Part shown: one piece after another, positions 26,656-35,557 of the stretch
Layout of the letters: every line of letters starts with the position of its first letter
Numbering within the stretch: the first letter of the stretch is position 1
Virus record (IMG/VR): IMGVR_UViG_3300026279_000223
Location: 1 to 52,600 of that record
DNA from: a virus
Taxonomy: Duplodnaviria > Caudoviricetes
Direction: 5' to 3' (one strand)
Length of the DNA: 52,600 nucleotides
Translations under genes and position numbers: made by a program
The notes under the pieces: model-generated
Told to the model about the DNA's origin: nothing
The model's database searches: none
What the model saw: only the letters and a program-made list of their open reading frames with translations

Positions 26656-26656
26656 T

Positions 26657-26920
26657 TTAAAACCATTTCCAAGGTAATATTGAATACCCTATTAAATTAA
26701 AATACTTTTCAATTAGATACATAGCAACTATAAAAAAACTTGTTTTAAATATAAATCTATATGGTTGAGGTAAACTGTTTTGCCATCTATTAAATCTACT
26801 GCCTTGTACCTTTTTTTCCATATCGGCCTTTCGCCATATCAAATTCGCCCACCAGTCAGCTGATAATAAGTTCTTCAACATTATAAAAGGCCAAAGTAGT
26901 TTTAATAATATTTTTCTCAT
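26657..26920 (-). CDS. Small Trp-rich membrane protein
   Basis: 87 aa with hydrophobic segments; TAAATA-N5-ATG. Confidence 0.65.
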   Translation of the reverse strand: MRKILLKLLWPFIMLKNLLSADWWANLIWRKADMEKKVQGSRFNRWQNSLPQPYRFIFKTSFFIVAMYLIEKYFNLIGYSILPWKWF

Positions 26921-26938
26921 AATACTATTTATGCAGCC

Positions 26939-26969
26939 AAAAAAAAAGGGGACCGAAGCCCCCTTTTTT
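26939..26969 (-). terminator. Intrinsic terminator after gp23
   Basis: GGGGG-CTTCGG-TCCCC with C(UUCG)G loop, flanked by A/T runs. Confidence 0.9.
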
Positions 26970-26991
26970 AAATAAACGTTTAAATAACGTA

Positions 26992-28326
26992 TTACATTAT
27001 GTTTGATACTTTAACTTTTTGGTAGTATCTGTTTGAGTTAGGTGTACCAGAATCAGTGATTCCAGAAACAGCACCTGAAACAGCACCAGTTTCCGCAAAA
27101 GGATTAGCAACAAGACCGTATCTTGTTTTAAATCCGATTTTTGGTTGGAAAGTATCTTGACCAACTGCTCTTACCATTTGTAAAGGCACGTATGGGCAAT
27201 AGAACATACCAGCGTCATAAGGTGATGTACCTTTGTAACCCACAACGTAGTATTGACTAGCGCTTGAGTTAGCTGAGTATGGATCAATGTATACTTTAAA
27301 TCTACCGTTTAATACACCAGCAAATGTACTGCCTGTGTCGTCAACGTTTAGATTGTTATTTAAAGCAGGCGTGTAATCTAAAACACCAGCCATTTGAAGA
27401 GCAGAAGCAACGTCAGCAGAACAAATTATCATGTTCCCTTTACCTCTTCTCGTTCTTTGAGCGATTCTGTTTGCGTCTCTTTCCAATTGGAACATAAGAC
27501 CTTTAAATCTCTCAACTGACCATCTACCGTTTGAGTCAGTATCTAAATCAAAGATACCAGCAGTAGTTGTGTTTGTAGCAGCGCCTTTTTCTGAATTGAT
27601 GTAAACTGATCTTACAACTTCTCTGTTGATTTCCGCAAGGATTTCAGCAGATAGAATGTTTGCTAGTTCAGTTTCAGCGTCTAAACCGTGGATTGCTTTT
27701 AAATCTTGAGCAAGTTCCATAGTGTATTCTGCTTTAAGAGCTCTACTTCTAGCAGTCACTGTAGTTTTCTCAATTGAGAAAGCCATTTCAGCAAACTGAT
27801 TTGATGTAGCGTCGCCTAATGCTTCAGCAGCAGCTGTAGTCATACCTTGACCTCTAGTGTACTCGCCAGCAGGTGAGTCATTAAGTACAGATGGATTAGT
27901 TCCTCTGTGCTCAGTTACTCCGTCGCCTGCAGCTGAATCACCAGCAGCATTTCTAGATGAGTAATCAGTATCAGCTTCGTCAAATAGCGCTTCTCCGCCA
28001 GTTGCTGAAGTGTATCTTGATCTCATTGCGAAAATTAGTCCAGTTGGACCAGTCATTGGTTGAACACCTGCGATATCGTAAGCGATAAGGTTAGGCATTG
28101 CTCTTCTTACTAATGAAATTAAAATTGGATCCCAATTTGAAGTTCCACCAGTGTTGTTAGTAGGAGCAGCTTCTGATAAGAATGCTGAGTCCTCTTTCAT
28201 TGCTCTTTCTTGGTTTTCCAAGACAGTAGCGGTAACGGCACGTTTGTAAGAGTCTCCGATTTTTGGTAAATCAGGATGCTCTAAAACTGGCTGCCATTTT
28301 TTTTCGTATTGTTCTGATAAATACAT
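26992..28326 (-). CDS. gp23: Major capsid protein
   Basis: LISLVRRAMPNLIAYD, VQPMTGPTG, SRALKAEYTMELAQDLKAIHGLDAE, FQPKIGFKTRYG. Confidence 0.99.
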   Translation of the reverse strand: MYLSEQYEKKWQPVLEHPDLPKIGDSYKRAVTATVLENQERAMKEDSAFLSEAAPTNNTGGTSNWDPILISLVRRAMPNLIAYDIAGVQPMTGPTGLIFAMRSRYTSATGGEALFDEADTDYSSRNAAGDSAAGDGVTEHRGTNPSVLNDSPAGEYTRGQGMTTAAAEALGDATSNQFAEMAFSIEKTTVTARSRALKAEYTMELAQDLKAIHGLDAETELANILSAEILAEINREVVRSVYINSEKGAATNTTTAGIFDLDTDSNGRWSVERFKGLMFQLERDANRIAQRTRRGKGNMIICSADVASALQMAGVLDYTPALNNNLNVDDTGSTFAGVLNGRFKVYIDPYSANSSASQYYVVGYKGTSPYDAGMFYCPYVPLQMVRAVGQDTFQPKIGFKTRYGLVANPFAETGAVSGAVSGITDSGTPNSNRYYQKVKVSNIM

Positions 28327-28354
28327 GTTTTTTATCTCCCTATTATTTTTACTT

Positions 28355-29542
28355 TTACTTGTTTGACAATTTAATGTCTTTAGTTTGACTTATAGCGGCA
28401 CTATAAGCAGCCATTGCATTGCTTAGGTCCTCACTAGGAGTTCCTTCGCCAGCCGCTACTTCATCTATACCGTCACCAGAAACGTCTTTAGATTTAAAAT
28501 AAGATTCTTTAACAATCTTAATTTTTGCTCTGTAATCTGCTTCTGTTGAATAATCTACTTCTTCAGCAAGTTTGTTGAATTTTTCTTTCGCTGTGTCAGT
28601 TAAGTCTTTAGACGCTTCGTCTAAAATTTCAGCTGCTTTGTATTTGTTAGCTGACTTACTTAATTCAACATTCTTCTCTATAGACTCGTTAAGTTTTTTT
28701 TCTAACGTTTCTATTTTTGAAGCTTGATCTTCAAGTACATTATATTTCTCGTCTGGAACATTTATGTAATGGTCTTCAAAAAGTTTTTTTAGACCACTGA
28801 TAAAGTCCTCAGCGATTTCTCCTTTGATCCCTCTTTCTAAAGCAAGTTCGTTTTCTTTCATCCATTCTTCTACCACGTATGATAGATAAGAATCAACTTT
28901 TTCTACTAACTCAGCCTTAGCTGTTGAAGTTTCAGATTCGAATTTTTTATTATAGTCTGCTTCCATTTCTTCAGCAATCTCTTTAACTTTAGATTTAATT
29001 GCTGTTTCAAATATAGTTGCAGCCTTATTTTTGAACTCTTCCGATAAATCAGTTTGTCCGGCGATTAGAGCGTCAACGTGTTCTTTAACGTCAATCTCTT
29101 TTTCTTTATCTTCAGCTTTTTCGTCTTCTTTTGATACTTCTTTTTCTTCAGACTTAACTTCTTCTTTGTCGTCTTTTTTAGCGTCAATAGCTTTCTTTAA
29201 AGCTGGTGGTAATTCACCTTCTTTTACTGTCTCTTTATCTTCAGCGTCCGTTTGAGTTTCTTTTTTAGCGTCCTCTTTTTTTAATGTAGGCATAGCGTCA
29301 GGCTTTCCTTCATGTTTTTGAGGGGCTTGTCCAGAAACTTCTTTAGTTGATTTTGAAGCATCCGGATTGCTGTCTGTAGGTTTAACTACAGCTGCACCTA
29401 AATCCTCAGCACTGTTTGATAAGTGCGTTGGTTCAGCTGCAACAGCATTTTTTTTCGGAAGATCAGCGTTAGGACTAGCAGTGTTCTCTGCTACCTCTTT
29501 TTGATCTTTTGTTGCTTCAATGTTTTTAACGTTTTCTGACAT
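28355..29542 (-). CDS. gp22: Prohead core scaffold protein
   Basis: LSEEFKNKAATIFE, VDSYLSYVVEEW, LKKLFEDHY; position between gp21 and gp23. Confidence 0.93.
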   Translation of the reverse strand: MSENVKNIEATKDQKEVAENTASPNADLPKKNAVAAEPTHLSNSAEDLGAAVVKPTDSNPDASKSTKEVSGQAPQKHEGKPDAMPTLKKEDAKKETQTDAEDKETVKEGELPPALKKAIDAKKDDKEEVKSEEKEVSKEDEKAEDKEKEIDVKEHVDALIAGQTDLSEEFKNKAATIFETAIKSKVKEIAEEMEADYNKKFESETSTAKAELVEKVDSYLSYVVEEWMKENELALERGIKGEIAEDFISGLKKLFEDHYINVPDEKYNVLEDQASKIETLEKKLNESIEKNVELSKSANKYKAAEILDEASKDLTDTAKEKFNKLAEEVDYSTEADYRAKIKIVKESYFKSKDVSGDGIDEVAAGEGTPSEDLSNAMAAYSAAISQTKDIKLSNK

Positions 29543-29597
29543 TGAGATATCTCCTTATTATGTTTTCTTTAACTAGTTATATTAAATTCTCGTGTTA

Positions 29598-29605
29598 TAT
29601 TTATA
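29598..29605 (-). promoter_or_regulatory. T4 late promoter
   Basis: TATAAATA upstream of gp22. Confidence 0.8.
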
Positions 29606-29608
29606 AAA

Positions 29609-30253
29609 CTAGAGTTTTTTAAGAAACTGTTTAAAGACGTCCGCCTTAGCTTCTGCTAAACGTAGTCTTTTTGCTGTTTCTATGTCTCGTTTCCAAGCGC
29701 TTAAGTCTTGTTCCACAAGAACACCATTGTCCCAAACCCACTCTTTACTCTCCATTATGCCTTCAACGAAAGCGTCTGGAGCGCTTGGATCAGCGACAAT
29801 ATCAGCGGCTGTAGCTAAATAAAAATCTCTACCTACATAATTAACACCACCTCTTTGTTGCAAAGACCCCATACCTCTTGAAGATACTCCTAATTGAGCA
29901 CCCTCATCAATAAGACCTTTTACAATCTTACCGTATGGTGTATTCATTATCTTTGCCTCACCAATAAAATTCGGACCATCTGGATATAAACTAGTGATCA
30001 TATGTGATACTCTCTCCAAGTTAACTGTTGGACTATCTGGATGACCAAGTTCTCCAAATGCTCTCTTTTTATTGATAAATTCTGCGTTATATCTTGTTAC
30101 TTCTTTGTCTAAAATCTGTTTTTCATATACTCGTCCATTTCTATTTTTGATTTCAGATTGTAAGAAGACGCCTCTAATTTTATAATTCTTTTTACCATTG
30201 TTTTCTTCAACAATGTATTCTGCGTTTTGTACTTCTTCGGATATTAGCTTCAT
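29609..30253 (-). CDS. gp21: Prohead protease
   Basis: NRNGRVY, AFGELGHP, LGVSSRGMGS, DIVADPSAPDA. Confidence 0.97.
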   Translation of the reverse strand: MKLISEEVQNAEYIVEENNGKKNYKIRGVFLQSEIKNRNGRVYEKQILDKEVTRYNAEFINKKRAFGELGHPDSPTVNLERVSHMITSLYPDGPNFIGEAKIMNTPYGKIVKGLIDEGAQLGVSSRGMGSLQQRGGVNYVGRDFYLATAADIVADPSAPDAFVEGIMESKEWVWDNGVLVEQDLSAWKRDIETAKRLRLAEAKADVFKQFLKKL

Positions 30254-30283
30254 AAATTCCCTCTATGTTTTCTTCTTTAGATA

Positions 30284-30291
30284 TATTTATA
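30284..30291 (-). promoter_or_regulatory. T4 late promoter
   Basis: TATAAATA upstream of gp21. Confidence 0.8.
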
Positions 30292-30298
30292 AGATTTT

Positions 30299-30691
30299 TT
30301 ACCTAAACTCTAATAAAATCGTGTAATTATCGCCAGCTGCAAAATTTTTAGTTGACAGTAATACATCACCTGTAGGTGTTGTGGAATTGTTGCCTATCTC
30401 ATTTCCAGAGGTTCTTAAATCCCAATGGCCATTTCCAGACAAAAAAGCAATAGTAGAGTTGGTAGTTCCGTCCCATAACAACTCAACTGCTGACTTGTTA
30501 TTATTACTATTTACAGAATACCATATCTTACTTAACTTTCTATTACCGTCTTCGGTCATAAAAGTAAGTGCTGAAGCGTCAACTTTTTTAACTAAAGTTT
30601 CTCCAGTTCCATCTGATAGGTTTGTTAATTTAACTACGTATTTAATACCAGATGTATCTGATATAGTTTGTGTTGTGACTGTATCTGCCAT
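30299..30691 (-). CDS. Hypothetical virion-associated protein
   Basis: 130 aa, beta-rich, in the head operon with GGAG SD. Confidence 0.75.
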   Translation of the reverse strand: MADTVTTQTISDTSGIKYVVKLTNLSDGTGETLVKKVDASALTFMTEDGNRKLSKIWYSVNSNNNKSAVELLWDGTTNSTIAFLSGNGHWDLRTSGNEIGNNSTTPTGDVLLSTKNFAAGDNYTILLEFR

Positions 30692-30692
30692 T

Positions 30693-30956
30693 TTATTCTC
30701 CCAATTTTTCTAAATGTTCATTGATTTCATCATCAAAATATTGTTCTAATTGTTCTTTTTCTATTAAGTTAATAGTAGCAACACTGTCTACTGCAACCTC
30801 AAACTTTTCAAATATATTATCAGCAGTAAGATTTTTATCTGCCTCTACTATATTCATCACTTTTTTAACAGCGTCTTGTAAAACAGGAGTTAATTGTTTA
30901 TAAGAATTGCTGTCAAATAGTTTGTTGTTTTCCACAATGTCGCTTACTCTTAACAT
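30693..30956 (-). CDS. Hypothetical acidic protein of the head module
   Basis: 87 aa, tightly packed in the operon. Confidence 0.7.
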   Translation of the reverse strand: MLRVSDIVENNKLFDSNSYKQLTPVLQDAVKKVMNIVEADKNLTADNIFEKFEVAVDSVATINLIEKEQLEQYFDDEINEHLEKLGE

Positions 30957-30960
30957 TTAA

Positions 30961-31350
30961 TTATACTTCCGCTGGTGCTTCAGCTGGTGCTGGAGTTTCA
31001 ACTTCTGGTGCTGGTGCTTCAGGTGTTTCTGGAGCAGCTGCAACCGGATCAGCAGATGGTTCTGCTACTTCAGGTTTAGTCTCTGCTGATAAATCAGCAG
31101 CTGATTTACCGTCCGTACCGTCAGCGTTTGTTATTGTTCCGTCTCTATTGAATTGTCCTGGAGTTGCTATTTCAGGTTTTTTATCACTATGAGGTTCTGG
31201 ATTAAACATCTTACCAGCAATATCTTGTCTTCGCTGATCTAATGCGTCTCCTACTTTTGCTCTTAAAGCGTCTTTAAAAGCGTCACCGGCTTCTGAATTG
31301 TTACCAGCTCCTAATTTATCTATAAAATCTTTTACTTCTTGATTCGGCAT
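30961..31350 (-). CDS. Prohead core protein, gp67-like
   Basis: Follows portal; AGDAFKDALRAKVGDALDQRRQDIA helix plus acidic Pro/Ala/Glu tail. Confidence 0.7.
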   Translation of the reverse strand: MPNQEVKDFIDKLGAGNNSEAGDAFKDALRAKVGDALDQRRQDIAGKMFNPEPHSDKKPEIATPGQFNRDGTITNADGTDGKSAADLSAETKPEVAEPSADPVAAAPETPEAPAPEVETPAPAEAPAEV

Positions 31351-31371
31351 GTTTCATTCCTTTCATTAATA

Positions 31372-32889
31372 TTAGTAAGTATCTTCACTATCAACAACTT
31401 GATTTCCAGGTGATGATATGATTCCACTTTCTACTTCTTTTTTAATTTGTCTATCAATCTTCTCTATGTCTTGATCTGATTGTTTTAATATTGATTTTCT
31501 AACGTACTCAACTGAAAAATATTTACCAACATAATCTCTTACATCGTTAGCCAGTTGTACTCTGTCTTTTAACATTTCGGCATTCTTTAACTCTGCAAAG
31601 TGACCGTCTTGTAAAAAGTCATAAAAAACATTATCTCTAATCATTGGCCATTCTTCTTCAGCAATGATTCCTTTTAGTACTAATTGTGTTCTTAAAATAT
31701 CATTAAACAGCTCAGTAAATTTCTTTCTTAATCTCTGAACAAATTTAGTAAATTTTAACTCGTCTCTTGTTATTTCTGTTGATCTTCCAAGATTAAATCC
31801 TGTAGAAGCTTCTAATCTACTTGATGGTACATTCAATGATCTATAAAGTTTTGCTCTAAAGTATTCTATGTCTGTAATTTCTCCTAGATTTTGACCTCCT
31901 GGTAATGTAGAAATATCTGTACCTCTACCACCGTCTCTACTTGGTAACCAAAAGTCCTCTAACATTGACATATAGTTTCTGTCGTCTCTTATTTCACCTG
32001 TAGCTGCGTCATATACAAGTTTGTTTCTATATCTTGCCATAACGTCTCTTAAATATTGTTCAGCTTTCATTTTAGGTAAATTACCAACATCAATTTTAAA
32101 TATTCTTCTTTCAGGTGCTCTTGCTATTCTGTAAATAACAGCAGCGTCTTCAATCATTCTTAATTGATTAACTGGTTTAATTGCCTTATGTAAATAAGAC
32201 ATAACTATATTTTTATTTTGATCTATTATTCCTGACGGACAAAATGCGATTGTATCTACTGCTATTTTAATACCTTGTAAACTAGCACCACCTACACCTC
32301 TTTCATTATACAAAAAATACTCCATAGTTTCGTCTACTAAATTCGTAGCCGATGGAGCAACTCCGTCTGGTCTTCTTTTTCTTACCTCTCTGATTTTTTT
32401 AATTTTCCGAGGGTCTATGTATTTAAGTTCAGTAATACCTTTTTTGCCTGTTTCAGTATCTATTATTTTTTGGAAATAAATTCTACCATCAACATACCAA
32501 CGTCTAAAAAGGTCGTGACCTCTAGTGTTGAATTGCATTAATCTTAATATTTCTGAAAATTCTTCCTCTAATCTTCTCTTTACATCACGTCCATAAGGGA
32601 CATTATCTGTCATTAATCTAACTGCTTGTTTATTCTCGTTTGAAACTATTGCCTCATTGACAATATCCTCAATCGCCATATCACATTCTGGATGTATTGA
32701 AATTTCTCTGTATCTTCTTATTAAATCCGCTTCAGTCTTTGCGTTTCCTTCCATGTCAAGGTGAGACGCAAAATACCCTCCAGCGGCGACTACTTGTGTG
32801 CCGTCCTCTGCTTGAGGCGTACTAAAGTTTTGTTTTGGATCGGATTTAGGTTTATCTCTTGTAATCTTAAATCCAAAAAATTCTGCCAT
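31372..32889 (-). CDS. gp20: Portal vertex protein
   Basis: WYVDGR, SYLHKAIKPVNQLRMIEDA, RAPERRIF, EDFWLP, ITRDELKF. Confidence 0.98.
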   Translation of the reverse strand: MAEFFGFKITRDKPKSDPKQNFSTPQAEDGTQVVAAGGYFASHLDMEGNAKTEADLIRRYREISIHPECDMAIEDIVNEAIVSNENKQAVRLMTDNVPYGRDVKRRLEEEFSEILRLMQFNTRGHDLFRRWYVDGRIYFQKIIDTETGKKGITELKYIDPRKIKKIREVRKRRPDGVAPSATNLVDETMEYFLYNERGVGGASLQGIKIAVDTIAFCPSGIIDQNKNIVMSYLHKAIKPVNQLRMIEDAAVIYRIARAPERRIFKIDVGNLPKMKAEQYLRDVMARYRNKLVYDAATGEIRDDRNYMSMLEDFWLPSRDGGRGTDISTLPGGQNLGEITDIEYFRAKLYRSLNVPSSRLEASTGFNLGRSTEITRDELKFTKFVQRLRKKFTELFNDILRTQLVLKGIIAEEEWPMIRDNVFYDFLQDGHFAELKNAEMLKDRVQLANDVRDYVGKYFSVEYVRKSILKQSDQDIEKIDRQIKKEVESGIISSPGNQVVDSEDTY

Positions 32890-32914
32890 AATTAAACTCC
32901 TGTTTTGTTCCTAC

Positions 32915-32922
32915 TACTTATA
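32915..32922 (-). promoter_or_regulatory. Late-promoter variant
   Basis: TATAAGTA upstream of gp20. Confidence 0.55.
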
Positions 32923-32934
32923 ATAGTTTTAAGA

Positions 32935-32954
32935 AGGCGGTTTTAAGGCCGCCT
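32935..32954 (-). terminator. Terminator-like hairpin after gp19
   Basis: AGGCGG/CCGCCT inverted repeat. Confidence 0.65.
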
Positions 32955-32967
32955 CCTAAATTTAATA

Positions 32968-33495
32968 TTACGTTGTAGTATTTGTTTCAAAGTACTGATA
33001 TTCAAACGTCACACCAAAAGTTTCTACTTCTGTTGCTTCGCCCATACTTAAATCAATACCACCTAACTCTGTAGGAAACAGTCCTCTCAAAGTGTACGAT
33101 TTTATATTATTACCATTTCTGTCAAGATGATCAACAAAAGCGTCTACTTGGTAGTCAACTGGATTAGTTAACCCCTCGTTGTCAGTCATATTATTGATAC
33201 CATTCTGCCATCTTTCAAAAGCATTTCTGATTTTGAAATTTGTATCGTTTAGTACCGTAATTGACCAAGACGGAATTGTTCTGTCACCTGCAATTTTAAT
33301 TGCTCTACCTCTAAAAGGGACATTGACATTTGCGATTGTCATTGCCGGTATAGATGTAGCTGTACATAAAAATGCTAAGTCTTCTATCTCTCCACCAACT
33401 TGTGCGTAACCAGGAAAAGGCATTGTAACCTTAAACTGATTGGCTCTTGCGCCACCGCCAGCAAGTTTAGCTTTGAAGTCATTAATGTTTGCCAT
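32968..33495 (-). CDS. gp19: Tail tube protein
   Basis: GGGARANQF, VPFRGR, IAGDRT, IRNAFERW. Confidence 0.96.
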   Translation of the reverse strand: MANINDFKAKLAGGGARANQFKVTMPFPGYAQVGGEIEDLAFLCTATSIPAMTIANVNVPFRGRAIKIAGDRTIPSWSITVLNDTNFKIRNAFERWQNGINNMTDNEGLTNPVDYQVDAFVDHLDRNGNNIKSYTLRGLFPTELGGIDLSMGEATEVETFGVTFEYQYFETNTTT

Positions 33496-33516
33496 TGTTT
33501 TATTTCTCCTCTACTA

Positions 33517-35442
33517 TTAACCGCCTGCGACTTCTTCAAAAGAAACGCCAGTCCGTGTTGCGATGAATTGTAATGTAATAAAGTTGATACTTCTTGCTGG
33601 TTTAATAAATATCTCAGCAATAAATTCATTTCTATCAATTACTTCACCTGTATTATTTGTTTCGTCACATACTACTAAAAAGTCTGTAAGACCTCGTCTA
33701 CCTTGTACTTCTCTTAAAAAAGGCTCTACTATGTTTCTGAAATTCGCTCTTGTAAATTCATCGTTGAACTCAAAAAGTTGGAATTTAGAAGCAGTAGCAA
33801 TTGCTTTTTCTAATATGATAAACAATCTTCTAACATTGATTCTGTCAAAAGCACTTGGAGCACTTAATCCAGTTTTGTCACCAAAAAGAACTGTACCTTG
33901 TCCTGGGAAAGTTACCACAGGATTGATACGAGCTTTGTATAACTCGTCTCTTTGTGCTTTATTTGGATTGAAGGCCAATTTAACTGCGCCTCTGATAACA
34001 CCTCTGTTAAGACCTGCCGGTGACCACCAGCTATCAGCGATTGTATCTGTTCTAGCTGCTAGACCTGCAACATCACCGTTTAATGGAACATATCTATATA
34101 CGTCATTGTATCTGTCGTACATATATTTGTAACCACTATCTAACACAACGTAAGATGAAGAACGGATACCGTTCATAAATCCTTTAACGTTTTGTAATTG
34201 AGTGATTGAAGAAGCAACGTTAGCTACATCTGATCTCTCTGGAGATACGAATGCAATAGCGTCCATTCTTTTTTCTGCAAGTGTTATTAAGTCATCAACA
34301 TGTGTAGCGTTACAAGATCCACCGATGATTAAACCTACATCAACTGTTTCTGCGTCTTCAAACTTCTCGTAAGCAGTTTTAATTTCGCCAGCTGTTGCTG
34401 TTGAACCATTAGCTCCGTTTATTAATTGATCAGTTTTTGGTGTATCAACTGCTGTGAAAGTTATTCCTGCAGCTGCTGAACCATGATTTGATCCTGAAGC
34501 GTGATGATCCATCCAGTAAATGTAACTTGATTTATTATAAACTACATTTGCGTAATAGTTTGAATCACCTTGTGGTGTTTTTGCGTCTGAAGCTTTTGAT
34601 ACTCTATCGTAAACTTCAATTACTTCGCCTGTTTTTCCTGTAACAGAACCGTCAGCGTCTACTACGACAATGTGCATTTCATCATTTACTCCTGATTTAG
34701 AAGCAGCGTAAGGAGATGTTCCTGGTGCTCCTGAAACATACTCATAGAACTCCCAAAATCTTCTTACGTTTGCACCGTTAGCCGGTACTTGATGTAAACC
34801 ACCTTGTAGTGTATCTGCTCTAACGAAAGTTATGTCGTTAGTTGATATACCTGTTATTTTATATTTTCTTCCATCGTAGTCTGTTCCAGCGGCACTCGTT
34901 GAAAATTCAACGATATCGCCAACTGCGAAACCTGTACCCGATGTAAACGTCACTGTTGTATGTCCAACTGACATAGCAGAGTCGTTTAATGTTGTTTTTG
35001 CGTCCTCTTGGAAACCTGTTGCGCTGTGACAAGCAGAAACTTTAAGGCTGTTGCCCCAAACTCCTGCTGTTCTAGCTGCCCATTCTCCGACAGAACCTTG
35101 ACCAGCATTGTAATTATCCTGGTAGTCTTGTGTATTTTTGATAGCAAGTGCTGAGCCTGAAACGGCTGCGTTTGCTAAACCAGTATTTTGTACTCGTACT
35201 ACTCTTAATGCGTTAGAGTATTGTAAGAAGTTTGCAGCTGAAAAAAACGCTTCAAAATTATTGTTATCGGGTTTTCCGAAAACACTTACTAACTCTTGTT
35301 CACTAGAGATTGATGTAATCTGATCTAAAGGACCTTTTCTGAACTCGCCAGCAAAGGCACCAATTGATGTAGATACAGCAGGAATGATTCTTGTTAAATC
35401 TTTTTCCTGTACAAGAACACCTGGTGATACTTGAAATGCCAT
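33517..35442 (-). CDS. gp18: Tail sheath protein
   Basis: FQVSPGVLVQEKDLT, WWSPAGLNRG, FDRINVRRLF, FIKPARSINFI. Confidence 0.98.
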   Translation of the reverse strand: MAFQVSPGVLVQEKDLTRIIPAVSTSIGAFAGEFRKGPLDQITSISSEQELVSVFGKPDNNNFEAFFSAANFLQYSNALRVVRVQNTGLANAAVSGSALAIKNTQDYQDNYNAGQGSVGEWAARTAGVWGNSLKVSACHSATGFQEDAKTTLNDSAMSVGHTTVTFTSGTGFAVGDIVEFSTSAAGTDYDGRKYKITGISTNDITFVRADTLQGGLHQVPANGANVRRFWEFYEYVSGAPGTSPYAASKSGVNDEMHIVVVDADGSVTGKTGEVIEVYDRVSKASDAKTPQGDSNYYANVVYNKSSYIYWMDHHASGSNHGSAAAGITFTAVDTPKTDQLINGANGSTATAGEIKTAYEKFEDAETVDVGLIIGGSCNATHVDDLITLAEKRMDAIAFVSPERSDVANVASSITQLQNVKGFMNGIRSSSYVVLDSGYKYMYDRYNDVYRYVPLNGDVAGLAARTDTIADSWWSPAGLNRGVIRGAVKLAFNPNKAQRDELYKARINPVVTFPGQGTVLFGDKTGLSAPSAFDRINVRRLFIILEKAIATASKFQLFEFNDEFTRANFRNIVEPFLREVQGRRGLTDFLVVCDETNNTGEVIDRNEFIAEIFIKPARSINFITLQFIATRTGVSFEEVAGG

Positions 35443-35533
35443 AGGTTATTCTCCTCTTTTATTAATTAGCTAATTATTATATACTTCACAACTTTGTAAG
35501 TTTTCTTACATCCATATTTAAAGCCAGTACAGA

Positions 35534-35541
35534 TATTTATA
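35534..35541 (-). promoter_or_regulatory. T4 late promoter
   Basis: TATAAATA upstream of gp18. Confidence 0.8.
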
Positions 35542-35557
35542 ATAACTGAACCCTGGA

